The notes under the pieces: generated by a model
The model's database searches: none
What the model was told of the DNA's origin: nothing
Seen by the model: the letters and a program-made list of their open reading frames with translations, nothing else
Shown here: one piece after another, positions 49,423 to 57,746 of the stretch
How the letters are laid out: each line of letters opens with the position of its first letter
How positions within the stretch are numbered: the first letter of the stretch is position 1
Assembly: GCA_963790025.1 (NCBI GenBank)
Contig: CAWBMP010000004.1
Span: 1,440,001 to 1,504,000, forward strand
Length of the DNA: 64,000 bases
Origin: Nitrospirota bacterium
Lineage (GTDB): Bacteria; Nitrospirota; Thermodesulfovibrionia; Thermodesulfovibrionales; Dissulfurispiraceae
Direction of reading: 5' to 3'
Position numbers and translations under genes: made by a program

Positions 49423-50655
49423 ATGACAGATCAAGATTGGGATCAATTAGCTATTGATGCCGGGAAAGTTTTTACCCCTGCGGCACCTATAGATGAAGAG
49501 CGTTTATTCGCAGGTCGACTTGAACAACTACGACAGGTTATTGATGCAATAAATCAGAAAGGACAACATGCAATTGTTTTCGGGGAAAGAGGCGTTGGAA
49601 AAACTTCTCTAGCGAATATTATCGCTACAAAAATAAGTGGTGCCTTAATCATAGCTCCTCGTATTAATTGCGACAGCACTGATACTTATTCAAGTCTTTG
49701 GAAAAAGATATTTGACCGTATTAATTTGACAAAGGAAGTTCACAAAATCGGGTTTACTAATGGTAGCAACATTGAACCCATAAATATTTGTGAACAATTT
49801 GCTGAGAGTGATATTTCTACTGATAACGTTCGTTCATTACTTACTTATCTATCTGAACATTTTTTGATTATCCTTATCATTGATGAATTTGATCGTATTG
49901 CTAAGCCCGAAGTAAGAGCAGCAGTTGCTGATACTATCAAAACATTATCAGATCATTCCATTGCGGCTACGATTGTCCTTGTTGGTGTCGCTGACAGCGT
50001 GAACGATCTAGTAAGTGAACATCAATCAATTGAACGAGCTTTAGTTCAGATTAGAATGCCCCGCATGTCCAATGATGAGCTTTATAAAATAGTAGACAAT
50101 GGATTGAACATATTAAAAATGTCAATTGATGATGACGCAAAAAGAGAAATAGTTTTATTGTCCAGAGGATTGCCACATTATACTCACCTTCTATCTTTAT
50201 ATTCAGCAAGAGAGGCTCTTGATGGAAGGTCATTGAATATCAATATTGGACATGTGGAATCTGCTATTTCCGAAGCACTGCAAAAAGCCCAACAAACGAC
50301 TCAGACTGCATATCATAAGGCAACAATGAGTGCAAGAAGAGACAATTTATTTTCCCAGGTTTTGCTTGCATGTGGCCTTGCAAAGACTGATGATTTAGGT
50401 TATTTCTCTGCTGGCGATATTAGAATCCCTTTATGTGAAATCATGGGAAAGTCATATGATATTGCTAGTTATTCTAGACATTTATATGAATTTTGTGAAC
50501 CAGCGCGCGGTCCAATATTACAAAGAACTGGAGTCAAACATCGATACAAATTCCGTTTTATTAATCCTTTGATGCAACCGTTTATTATTATGCAAGGTCG
50601 GGTAACAAATCTTATTGATAGACAGAAGTTAGAATCTATAAAAAATAAGTACTAA
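49423..50655 (+). CDS. AAA+ ATPase (Orc1/Cdc6- or STAND-like) with probable C-terminal winged helix
   Basis: FAGRLEQL, Walker A GERGVGKT, Walker B IIIDEFD, GLPHY; GGAGG RBS. Confidence 0.85.
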   Translation: MTDQDWDQLAIDAGKVFTPAAPIDEERLFAGRLEQLRQVIDAINQKGQHAIVFGERGVGKTSLANIIATKISGALIIAPRINCDSTDTYSSLWKKIFDRINLTKEVHKIGFTNGSNIEPINICEQFAESDISTDNVRSLLTYLSEHFLIILIIDEFDRIAKPEVRAAVADTIKTLSDHSIAATIVLVGVADSVNDLVSEHQSIERALVQIRMPRMSNDELYKIVDNGLNILKMSIDDDAKREIVLLSRGLPHYTHLLSLYSAREALDGRSLNINIGHVESAISEALQKAQQTTQTAYHKATMSARRDNLFSQVLLACGLAKTDDLGYFSAGDIRIPLCEIMGKSYDIASYSRHLYEFCEPARGPILQRTGVKHRYKFRFINPLMQPFIIMQGRVTNLIDRQKLESIKNKY

Positions 50656-50900
50656 GATTTAGGGATTTTAGCCCATCTTGTATGAGCAGCTTTAATAGCA
50701 ATATGCTTTCTCGATTCCGCAGATAGCTTCTCAGCGCGCGCTTTGCCGCCTTTCAACCCTCCAAGTCTGCCAAGGGCAACTGCGGCAGGATTCTTTTCTT
50801 TGGCAGGCTGTTCCGGTCGGGAACGGTCAGAAGTTACAGCTTCAACTATTGATGCGGCGATCTGGTTTACATCTTCGGTTTTCTTTCTCTTTCTTTCCAT
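50652..50900 (-). CDS. Small basic protein with KNPAAVALGRLGGLKGG motif
   Basis: KGG-type motif; preceded by a promoter related to the transposase promoter. Confidence 0.8.
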   Translation of the reverse strand: MERKRKKTEDVNQIAASIVEAVTSDRSRPEQPAKEKNPAAVALGRLGGLKGGKARAEKLSAESRKHIAIKAAHTRWAKIPKS

Positions 50901-50905
50901 GCTTT

Positions 50906-50934
50906 AGTGTAGCATGACCGTTCAAGCATATCAA
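50906..50934 (-). promoter_or_regulatory. Sigma70-like leaderless promoter with operator shared with the transposase promoter
   Basis: TTGATA-17 nt-TACACT-5 nt-ATG; shares ATGCTTGARCGGTCA. Confidence 0.7.
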
Positions 50935-51115
50935 GATACCGGAAATTCAAAGTAGCCAACTACCGAAGGGAGTTACATTACGGAAACACTTTTTAACAAA
51001 TTTCTGTGTAAATCATACTCATTTTCCTTTTTCAAGCCCTCTGGATTCGGAGATGCAACTAATAAACCACTTCCGAGGATTACGGGCTTTAGGAGGTGAT
51101 GTCTGTTTCAGCGAA

Positions 51116-51232
51116 CGTGAGAGAGAACTGAGGGTCAGGTCTATATTGTTTGCATTTCCCTTCACCCCAAAATCGCCACAAATAGATGTTACGATCGGCA
51201 TTCAACGTCTTTGACAGGATGTCAGCCGCGCG
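51116..51232 (-). repeat. 117-bp inverted repeat, right copy
   Basis: Reverse complement of 46233-46349. Confidence 0.95.
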
Positions 51233-51907
51233 GGTTATCAGGGTGTACTCGGGGGAAATTCGGCCCTAAAAAGTATGAACTTTATTGTTTGCTGTTTTAA
51301 GAGCTTTATTGTTTTCCTCTGAAAAAAAGTAAGAACTTTGATGTCTTGGGCTTTTTTGTCGTATTATATGAATCAACAGGTTAGGTTGTCATTTTGTAGA
51401 GACTTTATTGTCTACAGATAATTAAATAAGTTACATACCTGAAACTCTCATTATTACCGTGAACAAAATAATCCCTTCGCTATTAAGAAAAAGTTCTGAT
51501 TTGCGAGAGCAGAAAGCGACAGTTTTTATGATAAAAACGGTCGCTGTCCCTATTTGTTCTTTTACCGGCATGACAGCGTAACACCCGCCGCGACTCCAGG
51601 GAATAGGCCTGATGCGTTTTTTATTTTGTTTTTTATTGACATAATATTTTTATGGGTTTAACATAGATCAGTAGTTCATAACTTTTTTGAGCTAAAAGGA
51701 GGTGAAGTCAATGGATGATGGCCCTGGAAACAGTAGTAACATAACATCGGCCGTGCGGATGTCTGCGCGAAGGGGGACCTTCTGTTCATTGCTCGCCTCT
51801 ATGTCAACTCTTCTCTAATCCCGTCCGCTTTCTTCTTCACAAGACTTCGCCGGCCAAAACACGTAGCGGTTTTCGCTGTTGCTATTGAATAATGGAGGTG
51901 AAGTGTC

Positions 51908-52228
51908 ATGATCTACATCCACAGTGTACCCGGAAGGGTAAGGATCAAAAATGATGTATTGAAAGGGAATTCCGGAGTCGCTGATGAAATTCGGAAAGCG
52001 CTGAGCACCATCAGGGGCATCGGTACGGTGGATATTAATCTTACTACCGGCAGCATACTTATCTACTATAACCCTAAAGTTACGAATTGTGAGGAAATCA
52101 CGGTGTTCCTGGAGAAAAGCGGAGTCTTTGACCGCTCCAGGGCCATCACTAACGATGAGTATTTCAGGGGTAAGGTCTCTAAAGTGGTGGAGACAGTGTT
52201 CATGTCGGTAGCAGGAGTGCTTGTTTAA
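51908..52228 (+). CDS. HMA2 (heavy-metal-associated) domain protein
   Basis: IHSVPGRVRIK, GIGTVDINLTTGSILIYY; GGAGGTG RBS. Confidence 0.8.
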   Translation: MIYIHSVPGRVRIKNDVLKGNSGVADEIRKALSTIRGIGTVDINLTTGSILIYYNPKVTNCEEITVFLEKSGVFDRSRAITNDEYFRGKVSKVVETVFMSVAGVLV

Positions 52229-52294
52229 AAAGAGCTGTGTAAAGCTTCACTTGGGCCGCGCACAAATAGCTCAGGCAATTATTCGAAGCTATTT

Positions 52295-52651
52295 GTGCGC
52301 AGTTCCTTAAGGCCTAAAGTATTGACAGGTTTAAAGCAAAACATTATTATTTGGTTTGAATATAAGAGGAAAGAGTTGATTTATGACACTATCCTGCGAA
52401 TCGTCTGCCGGAGCAACTCTGAACAGCAAATCAGAACACTCTTCGTTCAGGAGGTCCTCAAAGAATCGTTTTTGCTGCAGTCCATAGAGAGCGAGGACAT
52501 CCAGGGGACCGATACGGTGGAAGTCAAAGCATTCATTCTTGCGAACGGGCAACAGGATGCGATGATGGAAAAAATAGTCGGCATGCTGAGCCTGCACCAG
52601 GCTGTCAGCGCGGCAAGCTGGAAGCATGTTTCACAGGCTATGGAAGAATAA
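52295..52651 (+). pseudogene. C-terminal ACT-like fragment resembling MgtC/SapB
   Basis: RIVCR...EQQIRTL...LQSIESEDI...EKIVGMLSL...VSAASW; membrane N-domain and clear start absent. Confidence 0.55.
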
Positions 52652-52663
52652 CTGACCCGGACC

Positions 52664-53461
52664 TCATGCGGAGGATTTCGGGGCGGCTTTTATCGCCAGG
52701 CAATCATAAACGACACGATCGCCGTGATAGGTTACCACGCCTCGTTTTACAACCCTCCATCCGCCATTATGGAAAATACCGCGGGCAGAGATGTCCTCAA
52801 TAAGGCCTGATGCGGAATCCAGGTATTCCACAAGGCTGATATTTTGAGCAAGCACAACAGTCTTCATGTTTGGACCTGTGACTAACATCAAAGGTTCAAC
52901 TATGAGGTTTGACAGGTCCGGAGCGGGCATCTCGACGCTGGGCCTGGCCTGAAGCTGGATCATCCTGGCCCGCGTATCGGGCGCGACAGTTTCTTTTGTT
53001 GTGCTGATCAGATCCAGCAGGTAGTCACGGACATCATTCAACTCTTTCAGAAGGCGCAACTTTTCTATTTCGGGATAGGTGGTCAGGGCCCTTGCGAGAA
53101 TGGAAACCTCCCTGATGTAATGATTGCGCTGGTTTGACGGTACGAGGTACATTACAACGACCGATACGGGTATTCCGTCCGGTGCCCCGTAGTTTATGCC
53201 CTCAGGACTCCACCCTATGACGCACGAGAGATCTTCCTCAAAAGGTACCCGCACATGTAGGCAGGCCCATCCTTTTCCCAGGGCCGTGTTGGTGGACGTC
53301 TCTTTTGCCATGGCCGGCCCGACCACATCTGTGCCGGTCGGGATCGAGGGAATGGCTTCCAATATATGCGCCAGGAACTCCAGTGCATCATCCTTATTAT
53401 TGTCGGGCAGTTCGATCAATCTCCCTTCTTGCAGGGCATCCAACAGGGTGTCCATAATCAA
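52664..53461 (-). CDS. PTS EIIA (PtsN-like) domain protein with C-terminal extension
   Basis: KDDALEFLA...AKETSTNTALGKGWACLHVR (phospho-His region), YGAPDGIPV. Confidence 0.75.
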   Translation of the reverse strand: MIMDTLLDALQEGRLIELPDNNKDDALEFLAHILEAIPSIPTGTDVVGPAMAKETSTNTALGKGWACLHVRVPFEEDLSCVIGWSPEGINYGAPDGIPVSVVVMYLVPSNQRNHYIREVSILARALTTYPEIEKLRLLKELNDVRDYLLDLISTTKETVAPDTRARMIQLQARPSVEMPAPDLSNLIVEPLMLVTGPNMKTVVLAQNISLVEYLDSASGLIEDISARGIFHNGGWRVVKRGVVTYHGDRVVYDCLAIKAAPKSSA

Positions 53462-56121
53462 TCACCTCCAAAACGATTAAAGAACCAGGTCTTTATGAAA
53501 TGCGTAAGAACGGAATAGGAAACAAGGAATGAAGCAATCCATGCCCAGTAGATAGGGGGCAACGGTAACATTCCGAGCGGTTTTGCGAATGGTGAATACG
53601 GCAGCCAGGCGCCGATTGCCATGACAGTCAGTGTAGTCAATGTCATATGAACAGACGCGCGACTCCCGAAGAATGGGACCCGTCTGGTCCTGATGATATG
53701 CACGATCAATGTCTGGGTCAGGAGCGACTCCACAAACCATCCGGTCTGAAAAAGCTGTTCAAGCCCAACTTTTTGTTGTGCGGCAGCAGCCTGATTGACA
53801 AAGAAACTGCAATGGAAAAAGAACCACATCAACGCGAAGGTGGCGTAGTCGAAGATAGAACTTACCGGTCCGATGAAGACCATGAAGCGCTTGATATTGT
53901 CGATGTTCCATTTAAGAGGTTTGGCTATAAGTTCCTCATCCACGTTGTCGGTGGGGATGCCGGTCTGGGATAAGTCGTAGAGAAGGTTGTTCAGCAGAAC
54001 CTGGACAGGACGCATGGGCAGGAATGGCAACAAATAGCTTGCACCGACCACGCTGAACATATTGCCGAAATTGGAACTGGCTCCCATGCGGATATATTTG
54101 ACAATATTGGCAAAGACCTTTCGGCCCTCGATGATCCCCTCTTCAAGTACCAACAGGCTTTTCTCCAGCAGTACTATGTCTGATGACTCTTTGGCAACGT
54201 CTACCCCGGAGTCTACGGATATCCCCACGTCGGCGGCCTTGAGGGCCGTTGCATCGTTGATGCCGTCTCCCATAAACCCTACCACGTGCCCTTTGCTCCG
54301 CAAGTCACGTACGATTTGCTCCTTCTGCGCCGGAGTCAGCTTGACAAAGGCATCCGTATCCTGGACCACCTGTGAGAATTCCTCAGGGGAAAGCCGCGAC
54401 AGTTCCACGCCCGAGACTGTCCGGTCCGCAGCAAGCCCCACGTCCCGGCAGACTTTTTGTGTAACCAGTGCGTTGTCGCCGGTCAGAACTTTGAGTTTGA
54501 CGCCGGCATTCTTAAGAAGCTTCAGCGCCTCGGTCGCTGAATCTTTTGGCGGGTCGTAGAAAGTTATATACCCCAGAAGAACAAGTCCTTCTTCATCGCT
54601 GACAGTGAAGGAGGTTTTTTGGCGGGGGAACTCACGGTAAGCGATACCGAGCACACGGAAACCATCTTTATTGAGCCGATCGACCTCTTCGAAAAGGTCT
54701 TGCCGGATCAGATCAATAAGAGGGTAGACCTCATCGTCCATCTGGTACTGGCTGCAGCAGGAGTAGATCTCTTCCACAGCCCCTTTGCAGATCAGAACAT
54801 GGTCACCCTCATAATCCACAACAACAGACATGCGGCGACGCTGAAAATCAAAGGGCAGCTCGTCAACCAGCTTGCAGTTGCCTACATATAGGTCGGAATG
54901 TTCGAGTACCGCGCGGTCAATCAGGTTGCGGAGACCGGTCTGATAATAGCTGTTCAGATAGGCGTAGTTCAGAACGTCTCCGCTCGGTTCGCCGGTTATA
55001 TCCAGGTGTTGTTTCATCACAACTTTGTCCTGGGTAAGGGTACCGGTCTTGTCTGTACACAGTATGTCGATGGCCCCCAGGTTCTGGATTGATGGAAGGC
55101 GTTTTACGATTACCTTTTTTTTGGACATGGTAAGGGCGCCCTTCGCAAGATTCACAGTGACGATCATAGGAAGCATCTCCGGAGTAAGGCCAACCGCCAC
55201 TGACAGACCGAACAGAAAGGCTTCAACCCAGTTCCCCTTGGTCATGCCGACAATAAGGAATACAGCAGAGACCATGACCACCATGAACCGGATCATGAGC
55301 CACGTGAAAGACCGGACCCCTATGTCGAAGCTCGTTTCTTCCGGGCGCGTTGCCAGGCGCTCGGAAATGGACCCGAAGATGGTCCGCGCCCCTGTGTTTA
55401 CAATTACACCGCGGGCTGTTCCGCTGGTTACCGTGCTTCCGAGAAAGCATGCGTTTGCCAGGTCCAATACAGTATGCTCTGGAGATGCGGAGGCATCAGG
55501 CGATTTTTCAACAGCCATAGCTTCACCTGTAAGAGCAGACTGGCTGATGAAGAAATCCTTGGCAGTAATCAGACGAAGGTCCGCGGGAATCATGGAGCCT
55601 GCATAGAGCAGTACAATATCTCCAGGAACTACCTTGGAAACCCTTACCTCGGTTTCCTTCCCGTCACGCAAGACCAGGGTTCGCGACTGCACGCGTTTCC
55701 CAAGGGCCTCGACAGCGAGATTTGATCTTCGATCAAGAATATAAGACAGCCCGACGCTTAGAACAACCATCGCACCGACAATGCACGCCGATACGATATC
55801 GTCCATGATACCGGAGATTATGGCGATCACAAGTAGCTGGACGACCAGCGGGCTTTTGCACCGTCGGAAAATATCACCCCAGAAGCCGACGCGTTTGGCC
55901 CTGGGCATTTCATTAGGACCATACTTTTCAAGGCGATGCTGGGCCTCCTCCGTGGTCAGACCGAGGGATGTAATGCCGAGTTCGGTCAGCACCTCTTGCG
56001 CAGGAAGCAAGCCGATTTTAATCAACAGGCGCTCGTGCTCCGTCATGGTACGGGGCGTCCTTAATTTCTGGGTTTCATCGATAGAGTCTTTTATCTTGGC
56101 GGGCAGGATACCATTTTTCAT
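53458..56121 (-). CDS. mgtA: Mg2+-translocating P-type ATPase
   Basis: VGLTPEMLP, DKTGTLT, FDFQRRRMS, GDGIND, ASSNFGN, FQTGWFVES. Confidence 0.96.
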   Translation of the reverse strand: MKNGILPAKIKDSIDETQKLRTPRTMTEHERLLIKIGLLPAQEVLTELGITSLGLTTEEAQHRLEKYGPNEMPRAKRVGFWGDIFRRCKSPLVVQLLVIAIISGIMDDIVSACIVGAMVVLSVGLSYILDRRSNLAVEALGKRVQSRTLVLRDGKETEVRVSKVVPGDIVLLYAGSMIPADLRLITAKDFFISQSALTGEAMAVEKSPDASASPEHTVLDLANACFLGSTVTSGTARGVIVNTGARTIFGSISERLATRPEETSFDIGVRSFTWLMIRFMVVMVSAVFLIVGMTKGNWVEAFLFGLSVAVGLTPEMLPMIVTVNLAKGALTMSKKKVIVKRLPSIQNLGAIDILCTDKTGTLTQDKVVMKQHLDITGEPSGDVLNYAYLNSYYQTGLRNLIDRAVLEHSDLYVGNCKLVDELPFDFQRRRMSVVVDYEGDHVLICKGAVEEIYSCCSQYQMDDEVYPLIDLIRQDLFEEVDRLNKDGFRVLGIAYREFPRQKTSFTVSDEEGLVLLGYITFYDPPKDSATEALKLLKNAGVKLKVLTGDNALVTQKVCRDVGLAADRTVSGVELSRLSPEEFSQVVQDTDAFVKLTPAQKEQIVRDLRSKGHVVGFMGDGINDATALKAADVGISVDSGVDVAKESSDIVLLEKSLLVLEEGIIEGRKVFANIVKYIRMGASSNFGNMFSVVGASYLLPFLPMRPVQVLLNNLLYDLSQTGIPTDNVDEELIAKPLKWNIDNIKRFMVFIGPVSSIFDYATFALMWFFFHCSFFVNQAAAAQQKVGLEQLFQTGWFVESLLTQTLIVHIIRTRRVPFFGSRASVHMTLTTLTVMAIGAWLPYSPFAKPLGMLPLPPIYWAWIASFLVSYSVLTHFIKTWFFNRFGGD

Positions 56122-56239
56122 CACGCAGCCTCCCATTCAGGCTGGAAACAATAGAGACCCATGATGTCAAAACTATCGTAAGTATAATTGGAACCTAAGA
56201 TTTGGTTTGAACTGAATTTAAGTGAATATTTCACGGGTC

Positions 56240-56400
56240 GCCTCCATAATTAGACCGCGGCTGGAGGCAAACCGGCGGTCTACGCCCTGATAGAGCGCAG
56301 ACCGTTCACTTCGGGTGCCGCCGGACGCAACCGCCAAGGTCCAGGGTCGTCAAACTCATATTTTGATGTTTGCTTCAAGTGTCGTTCATTATACCTCCGC
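56240..56400 (-). promoter_or_regulatory. Structured 5' leader of the mgtA operon (candidate translational attenuator)
   Basis: Three overlapping alternative hairpins, one occluding a GGAGG SD; short uORFs. Confidence 0.6.
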
Positions 56401-56678
56401 TGTACACCCAAAGTCCACCATGAAGAGGTAATGAATGAAATAATGAACTGGACCGCCAAACAGGAGGAATACCCTCAAAAAGAACGCATGTCAAGATGAT
56501 ATTGATTACCAAAAAGAGAAGCATACGACTTAAATCCCGGAGTGAGCACGGACAAGGGAAAATTCCACAAGTCACGCGCAGTAGAATTGGCGGGGCCGCA
56601 ACGGTTATAATGATTGTGCCTGGCGTGATGTTTGTCGTGATGCTTTTTTTATGAAATAAACTATATGGGAGATTTGAT

Positions 56679-57746
56679 ATGATCAGCACGATAGAATGGA
56701 AAGATAATAAGGTGCTTATGCTTGACCAGAGCAGGCTGCCCCTTGAAGTGAACTATATAGAGTGCACTGACTATCTAAAGGTGGCGGAAGGTATTAAGAA
56801 GCTCTGGATCAGGGGAGCGCCTGCAATCGGTATCGCGGCCGCCATGGGGATAGCGCTCGGCGCACAGGACATACAGGCAGGCACTGTTGAAGATTTTACC
56901 AGGAAGCTGGAACCGGTTATGGACACTTTGCTTGCCACAAGGCCTACTGCTGTGAATATAAAATGGGCGGTCGAGAGGATAAAGCGATTACTCTCCGATA
57001 AGAAAGAGTGGCTGGTAACCGACTTAAAGCAACTGCTCATCGATGAGGCAAAGAGGATACTCTCAGAAGATGTAGAGATCAATAAGGCGATCGGGAGATG
57101 GGGGGCCGCGTTTATCAGGGACGGCGATACTATCCTTACCCATTGCAATGCCGGCAGCCTTGCCACCGGCGGATACGGCACAGCAACGGCCTCCATGATG
57201 ATTGCAAAGGAACAAGGCAAACACATACGGGTGATTGCCGACGAGACACGACCGGTATTGCAGGGTGCGCGGTTGACGGCATGGGAACTGATGCAGGCTG
57301 ACATACCGGTAACCCTTATAACCGATAACACCGCAGGTGCACTTATGAAGAAAGGCATGATTAATCTCACAATTGTCGGCACCGACCGGACGACGAGGAA
57401 CGGGGATGTTGCAAATAAGATCGGTACATATACTGTTGCGGTATTGTGCAGGGAGCACCGTATACCATTCTATGTGGCGGCGCCGTTAAGCAGCATTGAC
57501 TTTACTATGAAGTCGGGGGACCTGATACCTATCGAGGAACGCCACGCTGATGAGGTGACCTACATCCGGGGACAAAAAGTTGCGCCGGAGGGCGTGAATG
57601 TAATAAACTTGGCTTTCGATGTCACGCCGGCCAAATATGTTACTTGCTTTTTTACCGAAAAGGGTGCATTCAGACCTCGCGATATTAAGAAACTGATGAA
57701 AGAGAATGTTGATGTAGAATCCATACGTATGAATCCGGGGTTATGA
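56679..57746 (+). CDS. mtnA: S-methyl-5-thioribose-1-phosphate isomerase
   Basis: IRGAPAIG, RPTAVN, THCNAGSLAT, ETRPVLQG, NGDVANKIGTY. Confidence 0.96.
   Translation: MISTIEWKDNKVLMLDQSRLPLEVNYIECTDYLKVAEGIKKLWIRGAPAIGIAAAMGIALGAQDIQAGTVEDFTRKLEPVMDTLLATRPTAVNIKWAVERIKRLLSDKKEWLVTDLKQLLIDEAKRILSEDVEINKAIGRWGAAFIRDGDTILTHCNAGSLATGGYGTATASMMIAKEQGKHIRVIADETRPVLQGARLTAWELMQADIPVTLITDNTAGALMKKGMINLTIVGTDRTTRNGDVANKIGTYTVAVLCREHRIPFYVAAPLSSIDFTMKSGDLIPIEERHADEVTYIRGQKVAPEGVNVINLAFDVTPAKYVTCFFTEKGAFRPRDIKKLMKENVDVESIRMNPGL

Larger units (their letters stand above)
47239..50964. mobile_element. IS1-family transposon with passenger genes
   Basis: TIRs GGCAGTGGGCTACTTTGAATT (47239-47259) and AATTCAAAGTAGCCAACTACC (50944-50964), 19/21 match; 8-bp TSD GAAGGGAG on both sides. 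Confidence 0.92.
46042..51420. mobile_element. Non-autonomous Tn7-like transposon downstream of tRNA-Leu
   Basis: 3 TnsB-like sites at 20-bp period (46051, 46071, 46091) and 4 inverted spaced sites (51273-51411); flanks ATTCA/ATTAA; no tns genes. Confidence 0.82.

Noticed and set aside
46000..51600. Integrase-type island with a duplicated tRNA 3' end
   Set aside because: No copy of the tRNA 3' end and no integrase found; the boundaries fit Tn7-like transposition instead.
56375..56377. TGA of the MNDT minigene as a second selenocysteine codon
   Set aside because: No redox motif and no SECIS-like hairpin at the expected distance.
56240..56400. M-box (ykoK) riboswitch upstream of mgtA
   Set aside because: I could not recognise the M-box consensus by eye; reported as an attenuator candidate pending an Rfam scan.
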